A stretch of DNA of 64,000 bases from Nitrospirota bacterium (lineage in GTDB: Bacteria; Nitrospirota; UBA9217): contig CAWCKW010000012.1 in the NCBI GenBank assembly GCA_963796285.1, forward strand, positions 1,376,001-1,440,000. The letters run 5' to 3'. Positions 31,825-42,206 of this stretch are shown in pieces. The number at the start of each line of letters is the position of its first letter. The first letter of the stretch is position 1. The position numbers and the translations under genes are program-made. The notes beneath the pieces were generated by a model that saw nothing but the letters and a program-made list of their open reading frames with translations, made no database searches and was not told the DNA's origin.

Positions 31825-32790
31825 TCATTGCACCAGTTCAGCCGCGACCGTCTCCCGTTCGAGATCTTTGGTATGATGCAGCACGCTCAGGTTCATCGCC
31901 TCGATCGAACACCGCCACAGATAATCCAGAATAGGTGCGATGCCAAAAGGGTCTCGCCCCTCTTTTCTCAGCCATCGCGTCATGCCGCGATACAGAGCAC
32001 GCTCGATGGATGTCGAGTCCGGCCGTTCCACGGTAATACCGGTACATTCACGTACCAGCAAAGCCACGCCAGGGAGATCGTCCTTCTTCATGATATCTTT
32101 CAACTTCATTTCAGGTATGGCGCCGCCGGCAATGAACTCCGGCTGGACCTTCATTCCAAGCCGCAGGTATTTATACAGCCCCAGAATGTTCCGCGCATCG
32201 ATAAGCCGAGAAAAGTACGTCTTCAGGAGCCGATGAAGATCGGATTCTATCGTTACAGATAGAAAGGTCCCAATAAGGCGTTGCTCGACGGCGCGAAGTC
32301 CGCCCGATTCAAGCGTCGTGCCGAGCCCAAGAAATTGACCCGAAAGAGATGAAAAAAGACGCTCTATTCCTCTCACCGCTGCCGGAAGGTCGGTGCTGAA
32401 CAAGAGCTCTTTTTTGATCTCGTCGGAAAGAAGACTCCTGTCCAGAAGGTCATCGATCGCGCCTGCCTTTTTGTCAATTAGATGCCTGAGACAGATAAAG
32501 ATCGTCCGGAGCTCTGCATACAGGAAAAAGGAAAAGAAGATATCGCGGAGCTGCTGGTTCATCTGCGAATACACCCACTGGTATTCAGCCATGAGATTTC
32601 TCCATACCGCATCTGCGTTTTTGCCTTTTTGAAAACCTCCTGCCCCGCCTGTCGGCAGCGACTCGTACAGCGCAGGATCGAAGAGAAGCTGCTTCCAGTC
32701 CCGTATCAGCCATGACCGTCTGCCCTTGATCCTCGACAACAGATACTCAATGGGATATCCGGGGTCAGGACTTTTTCTGAGAAGCTCCAT
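31825..32790 (-). CDS. ntpC: A/V-type ATP synthase subunit C (d)
   Basis: YLLSRIKG..S, IDARNI, DPFGIAPILDYL..E.MNL; operon position. Confidence 0.82.
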   Translation of the reverse strand: MELLRKSPDPGYPIEYLLSRIKGRRSWLIRDWKQLLFDPALYESLPTGGAGGFQKGKNADAVWRNLMAEYQWVYSQMNQQLRDIFFSFFLYAELRTIFICLRHLIDKKAGAIDDLLDRSLLSDEIKKELLFSTDLPAAVRGIERLFSSLSGQFLGLGTTLESGGLRAVEQRLIGTFLSVTIESDLHRLLKTYFSRLIDARNILGLYKYLRLGMKVQPEFIAGGAIPEMKLKDIMKKDDLPGVALLVRECTGITVERPDSTSIERALYRGMTRWLRKEGRDPFGIAPILDYLWRCSIEAMNLSVLHHTKDLERETVAAELVQ

Positions 32791-33355
32791 CGGATACCTC
32801 CTGGTAAACATCGCTTATCAGCAGCGGCAGCAGGTCGGCCCATGCCAGCTCAAGCCGCTTCTCGAAGGTGTTGATCACCCTGATCGTTCCGTTCTCCATC
32901 GCCGCATCCATGCCTCCCGTGATCGTTTCCACCGGCACGACCTCTGCATCGGAAAGATGCTTTCGGGCAAGATCGATGTCCGAAGGATGTACCTGCACGA
33001 GCTTCCACGGGAGAGAGGGGAGTTCCCTCGCCAGTTTTTCAAAGTTTGCCGGGTAACCGTCACCCCTCAACTGTGCAAGCGACGCACGCGCGATCGAGAA
33101 CAGGCGGTCCGAGAGCGTCTTTTCCGCGGCAAGTTTGATCGCCCGCACCCGGCTGCCTGCCTCCGCACGGGCCCGTCGGGATTCCTCCTTTTCGGCGGCA
33201 GCAAGCTCATCAGCATAGTGCTTGCGCAATTCCGCGATCCGTTTGGCCAGCGAAGCCTGCGCAGCCTCCACTTCCTGCTCCGCTTCCTTCCGGTGAAGAC
33301 GAATACTCTCTTCGCTCGCTCTTCGCAGCGACTCGATCAGCTCCCGGGCACCCAT
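32765..33355 (-). CDS. ntpE: A/V-type ATP synthase subunit E
   Basis: Coiled-coil N-terminus, GGMD..NGTIRVINTFEKRL. Confidence 0.85.
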   Translation of the reverse strand: MGARELIESLRRASEESIRLHRKEAEQEVEAAQASLAKRIAELRKHYADELAAAEKEESRRARAEAGSRVRAIKLAAEKTLSDRLFSIARASLAQLRGDGYPANFEKLARELPSLPWKLVQVHPSDIDLARKHLSDAEVVPVETITGGMDAAMENGTIRVINTFEKRLELAWADLLPLLISDVYQEVSDGASQKKS

Positions 33356-33356
33356 T

Positions 33357-33581
33357 CTATTTCACCGTGAAGAGGATCATGGTCGACACCACGAAACCGA
33401 GGATTACCATGGTCTCGGGAATGGCCACCAGGATCACGATGGTACCGGTAAGCTCCGGCTTTTCCGCGAGCGCCCCGGCCCCTGCCGCCCCGATCTTCGA
33501 CTGCGCCCAGGCCGTGGCAAGGGCCGTGAGGCCGATGGCAAGCGCAGCGCACAACGCGATAAGAACTTTTTCGAGATTCAT
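33357..33581 (-). CDS. ntpK: A/V-type ATP synthase proteolipid subunit K/c (single hairpin)
   Basis: 74 aa, two TM helices, AQSKIG and AIPETMVILG ion-binding motif. Confidence 0.92.
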   Translation of the reverse strand: MNLEKVLIALCAALAIGLTALATAWAQSKIGAAGAGALAEKPELTGTIVILVAIPETMVILGFVVSTMILFTVK

Positions 33582-33935
33582 AAGTACCTCCTTGTCTGTA
33601 ATTCGTAATGTCAAAACCTGACCACAGAGAACTCTGAGGAAACCTTAAAGATCAGCAAGGTATAGTTATTTAAGTTCCCTCCCCTCTTTGACCGCCCAAA
33701 TTATAAACGTCTGATGACGTCTTTCAATCTTTCAACAGGGAACCTCTTTTATTGAATTCATAAAAACCATCAACCATTGAGTTCACACAAATAATTTTAA
33801 TCAAAAATTATATTCTCTGTGTTCTCTGTGGTCTGCCTTTTTGTGGTTTCATTTTTCGTACCGGAATATACGTATTTATTCGTGATTTTCATATTCTCAT
33901 TTGCTTCGTGACTCCCTGCCTCCGTGGTGAAGCCT

Positions 33936-35813
33936 TCACTTCTTCAGCGGTTCGAACTTTCTCCCCCCGTGTTCCATGAATTTGCTGAAAAATTCCACGT
34001 AGTGGAGCCTGAGCGAGTGTATGGTCGGCGAGAACACGCCGAGAATGATATTGAGCACATGGATCAGGCTGGCCACGAAAATTCCAGTCACGATGTCCCC
34101 GGTCAGGCCACCCAGATTGTTCGCGACAAAGGCGAGCAGCACTGACGTGAGCCCGATCGCCATAATACGGACATAGGAAACAATGTTGCCGATGCTTTTT
34201 AAAAGCTCGAGCGGCGCCAACAGTCCGCCCGTAAAGAACAGGAGCGGCGTAAGGAACAGGATGGCGATAATGACCGGCCGCGAAAGATATGCGGGGAAGA
34301 CCCCGAAGAAGGATGCGAGAATCACGATCAACCCCAGGATCATGACAATGCTCAAGAGCTTGTAAAATGCCTCTTTTTTTTCCTTCTTCTGGAAACCCGT
34401 GATAACGCCGAAAACAAGCCCGAGGAGCACGTGACCGACGCCCACGGCAAGGGCAAAGAAGATCATGGGGACGATCGCGGTCCGGCGTTCGACGCAGAGC
34501 GGCTGAATATGAAAAATCCGTTCCGGGAGGTCGCCGAAGAATTCTCCAAACAGGACGCCGAAGAACATCGAATACAGAGATGCGACCAGTAGGATCCTGG
34601 CGCCATCCCTGATATATTTCCGCTGTCTGAATTTTCTTATCAGGAAGAATGATAGCGCGGCGAGAAACAGACCATATCCTGCATCGCCGAGGATCATCCC
34701 GAAGAAAACCGGAAAAAAGATTCCGATGAACGGGGTCGGATCGTACGAGGTATAGGCCGGCAGCGGCAGCATGCTCGTGAGGATCTCAAATGGTTTGAAG
34801 TACGGAGGATTTTTCATGATGATCGGGACGCGGTCCAGGTCTTCTTCGCGAAGCTCCTTCTCCGCCAGTATGACATCCCCGTGAAATGCTTCCGTCAGAT
34901 CCGCTCTTACCTTCTTTACATTCTGTGCGGCCATCCAGCCGTTGATGAAGAAACACATCCGTGTTTCAAACGCCGCCGCCGTCGTGAACAGTACGGACAA
35001 ACGGTCATCGATCCATTCCCGTACACTGCGGTAGATCGGCGTCCATCGCCGCGCAAATTGGGAAAGCTCGGCATCGATCCGCCCCAGCTCTGCCGAGACT
35101 TCCGCGATCTTTTTCCTGACGTAAGCGCCCTTTTCCGTGAAACTGAGACCGGCAAACGAGGGAGGGAAAATAAGCTCCGGCACCTGCTCATCGCTCAGGG
35201 TCTTTTTCACCTTGTCGGCATGTTCCTTTTCCACCGTAATGAGTCCCACAAGCGTGCCATCCCCGGCGGTCTCGGTCACGAGCTCATATTTCCAATCGGT
35301 GATGCGCGAGAGCGCTTCCTTGAGATGGACCACCATGTCGGGTTCCCGTATGGTCAGGCCGATGAAATCAATGTCCGGCGTTTCTTTAACGCTCTCGATG
35401 AGCGGCGCAAGCGTGCCGAGAAACGCGGCATATCGCTCTAGTTCCTGTTGCTCTTTCTGGAGTGATTCCTTCCGCTTGTTCTTGTCCGTGATCAGGACAC
35501 GATGCCGCTCGATGATCGCTGCCACGGTATCGATGACCGGACGCGGATCGAGGTAACTGTTCCTGACCTGCAGTTTGGGAAGCTGCGACAACAGTTCTCC
35601 GATCTTGGCGCGAAGCTCCTCGAGAAACATCCGTTCGAATACCGACTTTTCATCAAGCATGAACGAACGGATATCGTCCTCATGGCCTTCTTCGATAAAA
35701 CCGACGGTTGCCGGTTCGATCTGAAAGATCCCGAGCTCCCGGAGGCTTGTCAACACCTCCTGAAGAAGTTCTTTCGCCCCAACGATCTCGACCTTTGCCA
35801 TGCGGACGATCAT
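33936..35813 (-). CDS. ntpI: A/V-type ATP synthase subunit I (a)
   Basis: DPTP, FFGMILGDAGYG, SYVRIMA (essential Arg), HSLRLHYVEFF. Confidence 0.95.
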   Translation of the reverse strand: MIVRMAKVEIVGAKELLQEVLTSLRELGIFQIEPATVGFIEEGHEDDIRSFMLDEKSVFERMFLEELRAKIGELLSQLPKLQVRNSYLDPRPVIDTVAAIIERHRVLITDKNKRKESLQKEQQELERYAAFLGTLAPLIESVKETPDIDFIGLTIREPDMVVHLKEALSRITDWKYELVTETAGDGTLVGLITVEKEHADKVKKTLSDEQVPELIFPPSFAGLSFTEKGAYVRKKIAEVSAELGRIDAELSQFARRWTPIYRSVREWIDDRLSVLFTTAAAFETRMCFFINGWMAAQNVKKVRADLTEAFHGDVILAEKELREEDLDRVPIIMKNPPYFKPFEILTSMLPLPAYTSYDPTPFIGIFFPVFFGMILGDAGYGLFLAALSFFLIRKFRQRKYIRDGARILLVASLYSMFFGVLFGEFFGDLPERIFHIQPLCVERRTAIVPMIFFALAVGVGHVLLGLVFGVITGFQKKEKKEAFYKLLSIVMILGLIVILASFFGVFPAYLSRPVIIAILFLTPLLFFTGGLLAPLELLKSIGNIVSYVRIMAIGLTSVLLAFVANNLGGLTGDIVTGIFVASLIHVLNIILGVFSPTIHSLRLHYVEFFSKFMEHGGRKFEPLKK

Positions 35814-36130
35814 GGGTCACCCGGCAGGATCATATGGATATGGTCCGCCACAATTCGTGCTAACGCTTCGTCTTTGAGTTGATTGATATGATCGGCCAGA
35901 AGTTCCGCCTGCTTCACCAGGTCTTCGGCCCCGTTCACCGCTTCTCGCTGCAACATCTCCCGAGATTGACGGAAGGAGTCAACAATCTCTTTTTCTTCAT
36001 TTGCCAAACGTACATCCATTTCTTTTTTGCGGGTCTCAAGCCAGACACGCGCCGTCTCTTTTGCCTGCTCAATGGATTGCTGGATCTCTTTTTCCACGCC
36101 GATGATGTCCCGAAGGATATTGTTTTCCAT
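35810..36130 (-). CDS. A/V-type ATP synthase subunit H/G
   Basis: Charged helical 106-aa ORF at the head of the operon, overlapping subunit I start. Confidence 0.7.
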   Translation of the reverse strand: MENNILRDIIGVEKEIQQSIEQAKETARVWLETRKKEMDVRLANEEKEIVDSFRQSREMLQREAVNGAEDLVKQAELLADHINQLKDEALARIVADHIHMILPGDP

Positions 36131-36369
36131 ACTTACATTCTATCAAATAAATTACGCCTTAGTGCTCCTTCCTCCACTTGGCATTTTTATGTTAATTTAT
36201 GCAATTCTCTGTCGCAGTAAAATGCATATCTTTCCCCGGTTCACATACTAGAACCGCAAGAATATTGCGATGCAGAACCATACATGCTGTATGAAAAATT
36301 CAATATCTTTAAAAATGGTTGTCCGATGGGGTACTATTGTGATAGGTTGTTTATGCAAGGGGGTGTTTC

Positions 36370-36957
36370 ATGGTGACCTATAATGGAGTGAACCATCTGG
36401 CCCTCGCGACGGGAGACATGGACGGGACCATCCGTTTCTGGAGAGACCTGCTCGGCATGCGCCTGATCGCCGGTCTTGGCCAGCCGGGCTACCGCCAGTA
36501 CTTCTTTGAGATCTCCAGCAGGGACATGATCACGTTCTTCGAATGGCCGGAGATCACACCTGTTGCGGAAAAAGAGCACGGGAGACCGGTACGCGGACCT
36601 TTCATCTTCGACCATGTCTCGATCGGGCTGGAGAACGAAGATGGCCTTTGGCAGCTCAAGGACAGGATCGACGCGGCCGGGATCTGGGTGTCAGAGGTCA
36701 TCGACCACGGCTTCATCCATTCTATCTATTCATATGATCCGAACGGCATCCCCGTTGAATTCAGCTACCATGTGATCGGAACAGACGTGCGCAACGAACC
36801 GTTAATGGCTGACCGGCAGCCTACTCCGGCCGCACAGGAAGGACCGGAACCGCAATTCGAGAAATGGCCGTGTGTTCAGAATCCGACACCAAAAATGGAA
36901 CGAAAGGTCTATCCTGGGGCGGGAAGTGAGCTGTTCCATGGGAAGAAAAAAGCGTAA
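36370..36957 (+). CDS. VOC/glyoxalase family protein
   Basis: GVNHLAL, FDHVSI, SIYSYDPNGIPVEF. Confidence 0.88.
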   Translation: MVTYNGVNHLALATGDMDGTIRFWRDLLGMRLIAGLGQPGYRQYFFEISSRDMITFFEWPEITPVAEKEHGRPVRGPFIFDHVSIGLENEDGLWQLKDRIDAAGIWVSEVIDHGFIHSIYSYDPNGIPVEFSYHVIGTDVRNEPLMADRQPTPAAQEGPEPQFEKWPCVQNPTPKMERKVYPGAGSELFHGKKKA

Positions 36958-37019
36958 TAATCGCTTCACCCTTCCCTAACTTGCCCTTCAGGTGTGTGGC
37001 TATCGCAGGGGAACGAGTC

Positions 37020-38177
37020 ATGTACGACGTCATCATAGCCGGCGCAGGACCAGCTGGATCCACCTGCGCCCGTGAATGTGCTCAACAGGGGCTCAAGACC
37101 CTTCTCCTTGACAAGGACATCTTCCCCCGGTCCAAACCCTGCGGAGGCGCGGTCTCCGGTCATGCCCTCTCCCTCCTTGACTTCCCTCTCCCGGAGAATA
37201 TTATCGAAAAAGAATGTTTCAACGCACGCGTGCATTATGGCGGTAGAAGTATTGAAGCGAATAGGCAGTACCGTATCGCGGTTTTCGTGAGCCGGATCCG
37301 CTTCGATGCCTTTCTGGCAGAAAAAGCGGTTGAGTGCAACGCACGGTTCTTGCCCGGAGAGAAGGTCGTTGCTGTGCATACCAGTGGCGATGGGATGACC
37401 GTCGTCACTGAGAAGGCGTCCTACCAGACCCGTTTCCTCATCGGCGCGGACGGCATTCACAGCCGCGTGGCGAATGCGGTCAGGCAGCCCCTGGGTAAGG
37501 ACGAGATGATACTGGGCCTGGTCTCAAACGTTCCAACAAACGATGAAACGATAGACAGACGTCAACACAGGACCGTTGACATGCATTTCGGCATCGCGCC
37601 GCAGGGATATGGGTGGCTCTTCCCGCACGGGGGATATCACTCGCTGGGCATCATGGGTCTTGCGTCAAAAATGAAAGAGCCGAAAAAGGTGCTGTCCGGC
37701 TTTGCCCATTCACTGGGGATGGAACTCTCCGCCGTGCAGGGCCACGTTATTCCGCTGGGGGGATTAAAAAGGCATATTGCGTCAGGCGGCATTTTGCTGG
37801 TCGGCGACGCTGCAGGATTTGCGGACGCATTTCATGGCGAGGGGATCGCCTATGCCATCCTCTCCGGCAAGCTGGCTGCCCGGGCGATCATCGACAGCAT
37901 ACAGGGGAAGAGCGGTCCCGCTTCAGCAGCCGTCCGTTATTGCCGGGAAAGCGAACAGCTCATCAGAAAAAACCTTTTGGTCGCGCTGCGCCTCGCACAG
38001 TTGCTTGACAGATATCCCGACCTCTTCCTTCGCATCTTCTTCGATCATCCAAAGGCGCTTGAGCAGTATCTCGACGTCGTAGGAGGCAAGACCGACTACC
38101 GGCACTTTCAGCGATGGCTGCTCCTTCGAACACCCTGGTATCTGCTTTCAAGCTTTATCCCGAAGATAAGAAAATAA
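37020..38177 (+). CDS. Geranylgeranyl reductase family flavoprotein
   Basis: GAGPAG, KPCGG, GADG, GYGWLFP, LVGDAAG, GEGI. Confidence 0.9.
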   Translation: MYDVIIAGAGPAGSTCARECAQQGLKTLLLDKDIFPRSKPCGGAVSGHALSLLDFPLPENIIEKECFNARVHYGGRSIEANRQYRIAVFVSRIRFDAFLAEKAVECNARFLPGEKVVAVHTSGDGMTVVTEKASYQTRFLIGADGIHSRVANAVRQPLGKDEMILGLVSNVPTNDETIDRRQHRTVDMHFGIAPQGYGWLFPHGGYHSLGIMGLASKMKEPKKVLSGFAHSLGMELSAVQGHVIPLGGLKRHIASGGILLVGDAAGFADAFHGEGIAYAILSGKLAARAIIDSIQGKSGPASAAVRYCRESEQLIRKNLLVALRLAQLLDRYPDLFLRIFFDHPKALEQYLDVVGGKTDYRHFQRWLLLRTPWYLLSSFIPKIRK

Positions 38178-38272
38178 TTTTTGTTTTAACTCCAGGGAAT
38201 CTGACCGGAATGCATGAACGGATCCTCATCTCATTGCGGGCGTTTGCGATGAAGAGAGAGATCATCCTGCTT

Positions 38273-38611
38273 TCAGGGTTTGGAGACTTCTTTTATCTCA
38301 AACAGCGGCGCGTAGATCGACTCTCCCTTGCATACCGGGCACTTGCCGGGCTTCTTCAGACGCTCCCGCTTTGCAAACGCAAATCCGCACTTTTTACATT
38401 CAGCAGGCGTGACAACCAGATGCCTCCCGGATAGCGTGATCGTTTTTCTGATATGTTCAAGATGGCCGTAGACCTCCTTTTCGGAGATCCTGACAGCCGC
38501 GGACAGCTCCTTGGCGGACCGTGGTCCCTCTCCCAGCTCCGATATGATCTCGTGACGGACCGTATCATGCATCTCCATGGGAACAAATGGTTCTTTCGGT
38601 TTCTCTTTCAT
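38273..38611 (-). CDS. HTH plus zinc-ribbon transcriptional regulator
   Basis: SAKELS..EKEVYGHLEHI, CKKCGF, KCPVC. Confidence 0.82.
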   Translation of the reverse strand: MKEKPKEPFVPMEMHDTVRHEIISELGEGPRSAKELSAAVRISEKEVYGHLEHIRKTITLSGRHLVVTPAECKKCGFAFAKRERLKKPGKCPVCKGESIYAPLFEIKEVSKP

Positions 38612-38780
38612 TATTGCCCTGAGATTACAGTATATCGTAAATCGAATGCGCCTTTTGTCTAATTACACATTGTCCAAAATTGTGCTATATTATTACAATC
38701 GACGGTTGTACTATCCCCCGAACGTTGCGCTAATTTTCCACCAGCCTTGACAGCATCCTGTTCTTTGCTACAATTACACT

Positions 38781-39749
38781 ATGATACGCTTCTACCTTCT
38801 GCTTGTGTTCGCAATCATCCTGTTCCCCTTCCATGCCGTTTCCGGCGAGAATTGCCGCGACTGCCATGGGCAGAAAGGCATGACGGGATTCATAGACCCA
38901 AAGGCCTTTTCGGAATCAGTGCACGGGGTTTTCGCCTGCACCAATTGTCACATCAGCATCACCTCATACCCGCATGGCAAGGTCGCAAAGGTCAACTGCG
39001 GCATCTGCCACCTCCTTGGCACGAACGGCGCTCCAACGGAACAAGCGCGGGCATTCAAGATGAGCGTCCATAACCGCGTCTCACCGGTTGGACAGACCGT
39101 GGTGCCGACATGCCAGACGTGCCACGGCTCGCATTTCATCTATCCATCCAGCGACAGTCGATCAGCGACCCGGCGGCAGAATATCCCGGCACTCTGTTCG
39201 CAGTGCCATGCACGGGAGTACAAGGAGTACAGTACAAGCATTCACGGCATCGAGGCCATTGACCGGAACAATGCGCAAGCGCCCACCTGCTTCAATTGCC
39301 ATCAGGAACACCTGATCCCGCCGACCGGGGATGCGAAGTGGATGCTGTCCCTGGTCCAAGAGTGCGGAAGCTGCCATAGCAAACAGATGACGACCTATCG
39401 AAAGACCTACCACGGCAAGGTGACGCAGCTCGGCTACACCACCATAGCAAAGTGTTCCGACTGCCACGGGTCGCACCGTATTACCCGGGTCACGGACAAC
39501 ACCTCCGTGCTTTCGGAGCAAAATATCCTGAATACATGCAAAAAATGCCATCCCGGGGCAACCCGGGGGTTCACCAAATTCTATGCCCATGCCGACGAGA
39601 CGAACCGGGCGAAATATCCTGTTATGTTCTATACCTATCTTTTCATGACAACGCTCCTGATCGGTGTCTTTGCCTTTTTCTTCACTCACACCTTCCTGTG
39701 GGCCTACCGCTCGCTGAAAGAGCGGATGAACAAGAAGGGAGGCGGGTAA
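38781..39749 (+). CDS. Nonaheme cytochrome c, exported with C-terminal TM anchor
   Basis: Signal peptide; nine CxxCH motifs (CRDCH, CTNCH, CGICH, CQTCH, CSQCH, CFNCH, CGSCH, CSDCH, CKKCH). Confidence 0.93.
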   Translation: MIRFYLLLVFAIILFPFHAVSGENCRDCHGQKGMTGFIDPKAFSESVHGVFACTNCHISITSYPHGKVAKVNCGICHLLGTNGAPTEQARAFKMSVHNRVSPVGQTVVPTCQTCHGSHFIYPSSDSRSATRRQNIPALCSQCHAREYKEYSTSIHGIEAIDRNNAQAPTCFNCHQEHLIPPTGDAKWMLSLVQECGSCHSKQMTTYRKTYHGKVTQLGYTTIAKCSDCHGSHRITRVTDNTSVLSEQNILNTCKKCHPGATRGFTKFYAHADETNRAKYPVMFYTYLFMTTLLIGVFAFFFTHTFLWAYRSLKERMNKKGGG

Positions 39750-39750
39750 C

Positions 39751-40566
39751 GTGTCACAGGTAAAACGCTTTACCGCGTTCCACCGGGTCCTTCATGTCGT
39801 CATGGCCATAAGCTTCATCGGCCTCGTCGCATCCGGCATGCCGATCAAGTATTCCCAGTCACCCTGGGCCGCATGGCTCATGAGCCTCCTGGGAGGGTAT
39901 CAGGGCGCGGCCCTCGTCCACCGCATCTGCGCGGTCCTCACCTTTGGTTATTTCGCTGCCCACATCGGATACGTGATCTACGACATCGCTGTGGTCAGGA
40001 AGTTCAAGTTCAACCCCCTTGGACCGGAATCCATGGTGCCGTGGTTCAAGGACGTCGAGGACATGTACGGTAATTTCAAATGGTTCCTCGGAAAAGGACC
40101 GCGCCCGCAGTTCGACCGCTGGGCGTACTGGGAAAAGTTCGATTACTGGGCGGTGTTCTGGGGAGTCGGGATGATCGGGGTGTCGGGGCTCTTCTTGTGG
40201 TTCCCGGCGTTCTTCGGACGGTTCTTTCCCGGATGGGCATTCAACGTGGCAACGGTCATCCACAGCGACGAGGCGCTCCTCGCCGCCGGTTTCATCTTTA
40301 CGATCCACTACTTTAACACGCACCTGAGGCCGGAAAAATTCCCCATGGACCCGGTCATCTTCACCGGGCGCGTCACCCTTCACGAACTGCAGCAGGAGCG
40401 GCCCCTCGAATATCAGCGTCTGGTCGCGGAAGAACAACTTGAGCGCTATCTGGTCGAACCACAGAAGAACTGGATCACGGATGCCGGGATCTTTTTCGGG
40501 TTCGCGGCAGTATTCATCGGCTTCCTGCTGCTTATGCTGATCATTCTGGGGCAGTTCGTGTACTGA
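39751..40566 (+). CDS. Di-heme cytochrome b membrane subunit (FdnI/HydC-like)
   Basis: HRVLH, VHRICA, WEKFDYWAVFWG, IHSDEALLA, HYFNTH. Confidence 0.88.
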   Translation: MSQVKRFTAFHRVLHVVMAISFIGLVASGMPIKYSQSPWAAWLMSLLGGYQGAALVHRICAVLTFGYFAAHIGYVIYDIAVVRKFKFNPLGPESMVPWFKDVEDMYGNFKWFLGKGPRPQFDRWAYWEKFDYWAVFWGVGMIGVSGLFLWFPAFFGRFFPGWAFNVATVIHSDEALLAAGFIFTIHYFNTHLRPEKFPMDPVIFTGRVTLHELQQERPLEYQRLVAEEQLERYLVEPQKNWITDAGIFFGFAAVFIGFLLLMLIILGQFVY

Positions 40567-40851
40567 TCCAAATACTCTCTTTGCTGAAGGTGAGATCATA
40601 AATTTTTTTATGAAAACGGCAAATAAAAAATGAGGACGCAAAAAGACAAACCACAGAGAACACGGAGAAAAGAATTTCGGACTAACAAAATATCTGTGAG
40701 CTCTGTGGTCAAAGGTTTTTTGTGAATTCACTTAGTTAGAGTCCATTTAAGATGGTTTTTTTACAGAAGCTTCAGGATGGTAAAGGATTTAATGAGAGGT
40801 TCTCCATTCATCCTGTATAATTTGGTTCCGCCTTATCAGGGGTAATAATCC

Positions 40852-41560
40852 ATGTCATTAGAACAAAGAGACCTTTTCATCAAACATATTTTCTCGACAG
40901 TTGCGCCTCATGTCGATCTCCTGAGCAGCGGATTCAGTTTTGGTTTCGACCACTTCTGGCGCAAGCAGGCGGTTTCCAGGTCCGGCATCCATGAGGGCGA
41001 GCAGGTGCTCGATGTCTGTACCGGCACCGGTGAGCTCGCCTTTCTGCTCGCCCAGCGGGTGGGCCCGCGGGGCCTGGTCACGGGAGCCGATTTCTGCCAG
41101 GAAATGCTCGACCGTGCAAAGACCAAGTCCGGACACCAATATCAGAATCTGGCCTTTATCCTCTCAGACGCAAAACGGCTCCCTTTTCCGGATAAGACCT
41201 TTGATGCCGTCACCGTGGCTTTCGGCATGCGGAACATCCCCGATACCTCGCTGGCCCTTCTGGAGATCAATCGGGTGCTTAAGCCCGGCGGAAAGTTCAT
41301 CTGTCTTGAGCTGACGAAACCGCATGCGTCCTGGTTCCGTGCGCTCTATGAGTGGTACGTATTCAGGATCATGCCGTTTATCGGGAATCTGGTCGTTAAA
41401 ACCGCTGCGCCCTATTTGTATCTCCCCCGCTCCATCAATGCATTTTACCCGCCTGATGAGTTCAAGCGCATCATTGCCAACAACGGATTTGCCGAGCGTC
41501 ACCGTCGATTCCCTGACCATGGGGATTGCAACGCTTTACCGGGCGGAAAAACGTGGATAA
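40852..41560 (+). CDS. menG: UbiE/MenG quinone C-methyltransferase (frameshift near 41495)
   Basis: LDVCTGTG, AFGMRNI, RVLKPGG, YLYLPRSI; canonical end LTMGIATLYRAEK in alternate frame. Confidence 0.87.
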
Positions 41561-42206
41561 GATCGGCATCCTGTGCGAGAAGGACAGGATCATGATGGAG
41601 GAGTTCTCAAGCCGGAGCCTGGGCCACATCAGAGGCAATTCCCTGGTCCTCGCATCCCTGCCGTTCTTTTCGTCATACGTTGCAGCGAATGTGAAAAAAG
41701 AAGTGGACAAGGACCGGCTCATCATCGAGGAAGCCGGTCAAGCGTTCCAGGCGGGCAAACCCGTATGCGATCTCGATCTCGAAGATATCTTCGAAAAAAC
41801 AAAGGCTGTGGACAAGCAGTTCATCCAGAGCCTCAGGATCCCGTCCTTTAGCCTGTCCGTGCGGTACGGCGATATCGCGGATATCCGGATCCAGAGGATC
41901 TGGAGGATATCAAGGGCCGTCTACGAGCTGCTGCGCGAGTGGCCGGACGCCGCATCGTTCGCTGATATCGTACGGAAGGTGTATACCGGGAAGGAGTTCA
42001 AGGACATCCTCATGGACATCCTCCGCCTGTATAACCAGGAGACCCGCATGCTGAGCCACTCCATCAGGCTAATCCCGCCGTTCAACAGCGCGATGAGCTC
42101 CCTTGCCGAGACACTTTTTCAGGCCATGGAAAGCGTGACTGAAGGCATGGCCGATACCTACACCACTCAACTGTTCGGAGACAAGGCCTTCTATGCCGAA
42201 ACCTGA
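41553..42206 (+). CDS. Hypothetical protein, translationally coupled to both neighbours
   Basis: GTG start overlaps menG stop; end overlaps radical SAM start. Confidence 0.7.
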   Translation: MDKIGILCEKDRIMMEEFSSRSLGHIRGNSLVLASLPFFSSYVAANVKKEVDKDRLIIEEAGQAFQAGKPVCDLDLEDIFEKTKAVDKQFIQSLRIPSFSLSVRYGDIADIRIQRIWRISRAVYELLREWPDAASFADIVRKVYTGKEFKDILMDILRLYNQETRMLSHSIRLIPPFNSAMSSLAETLFQAMESVTEGMADTYTTQLFGDKAFYAET

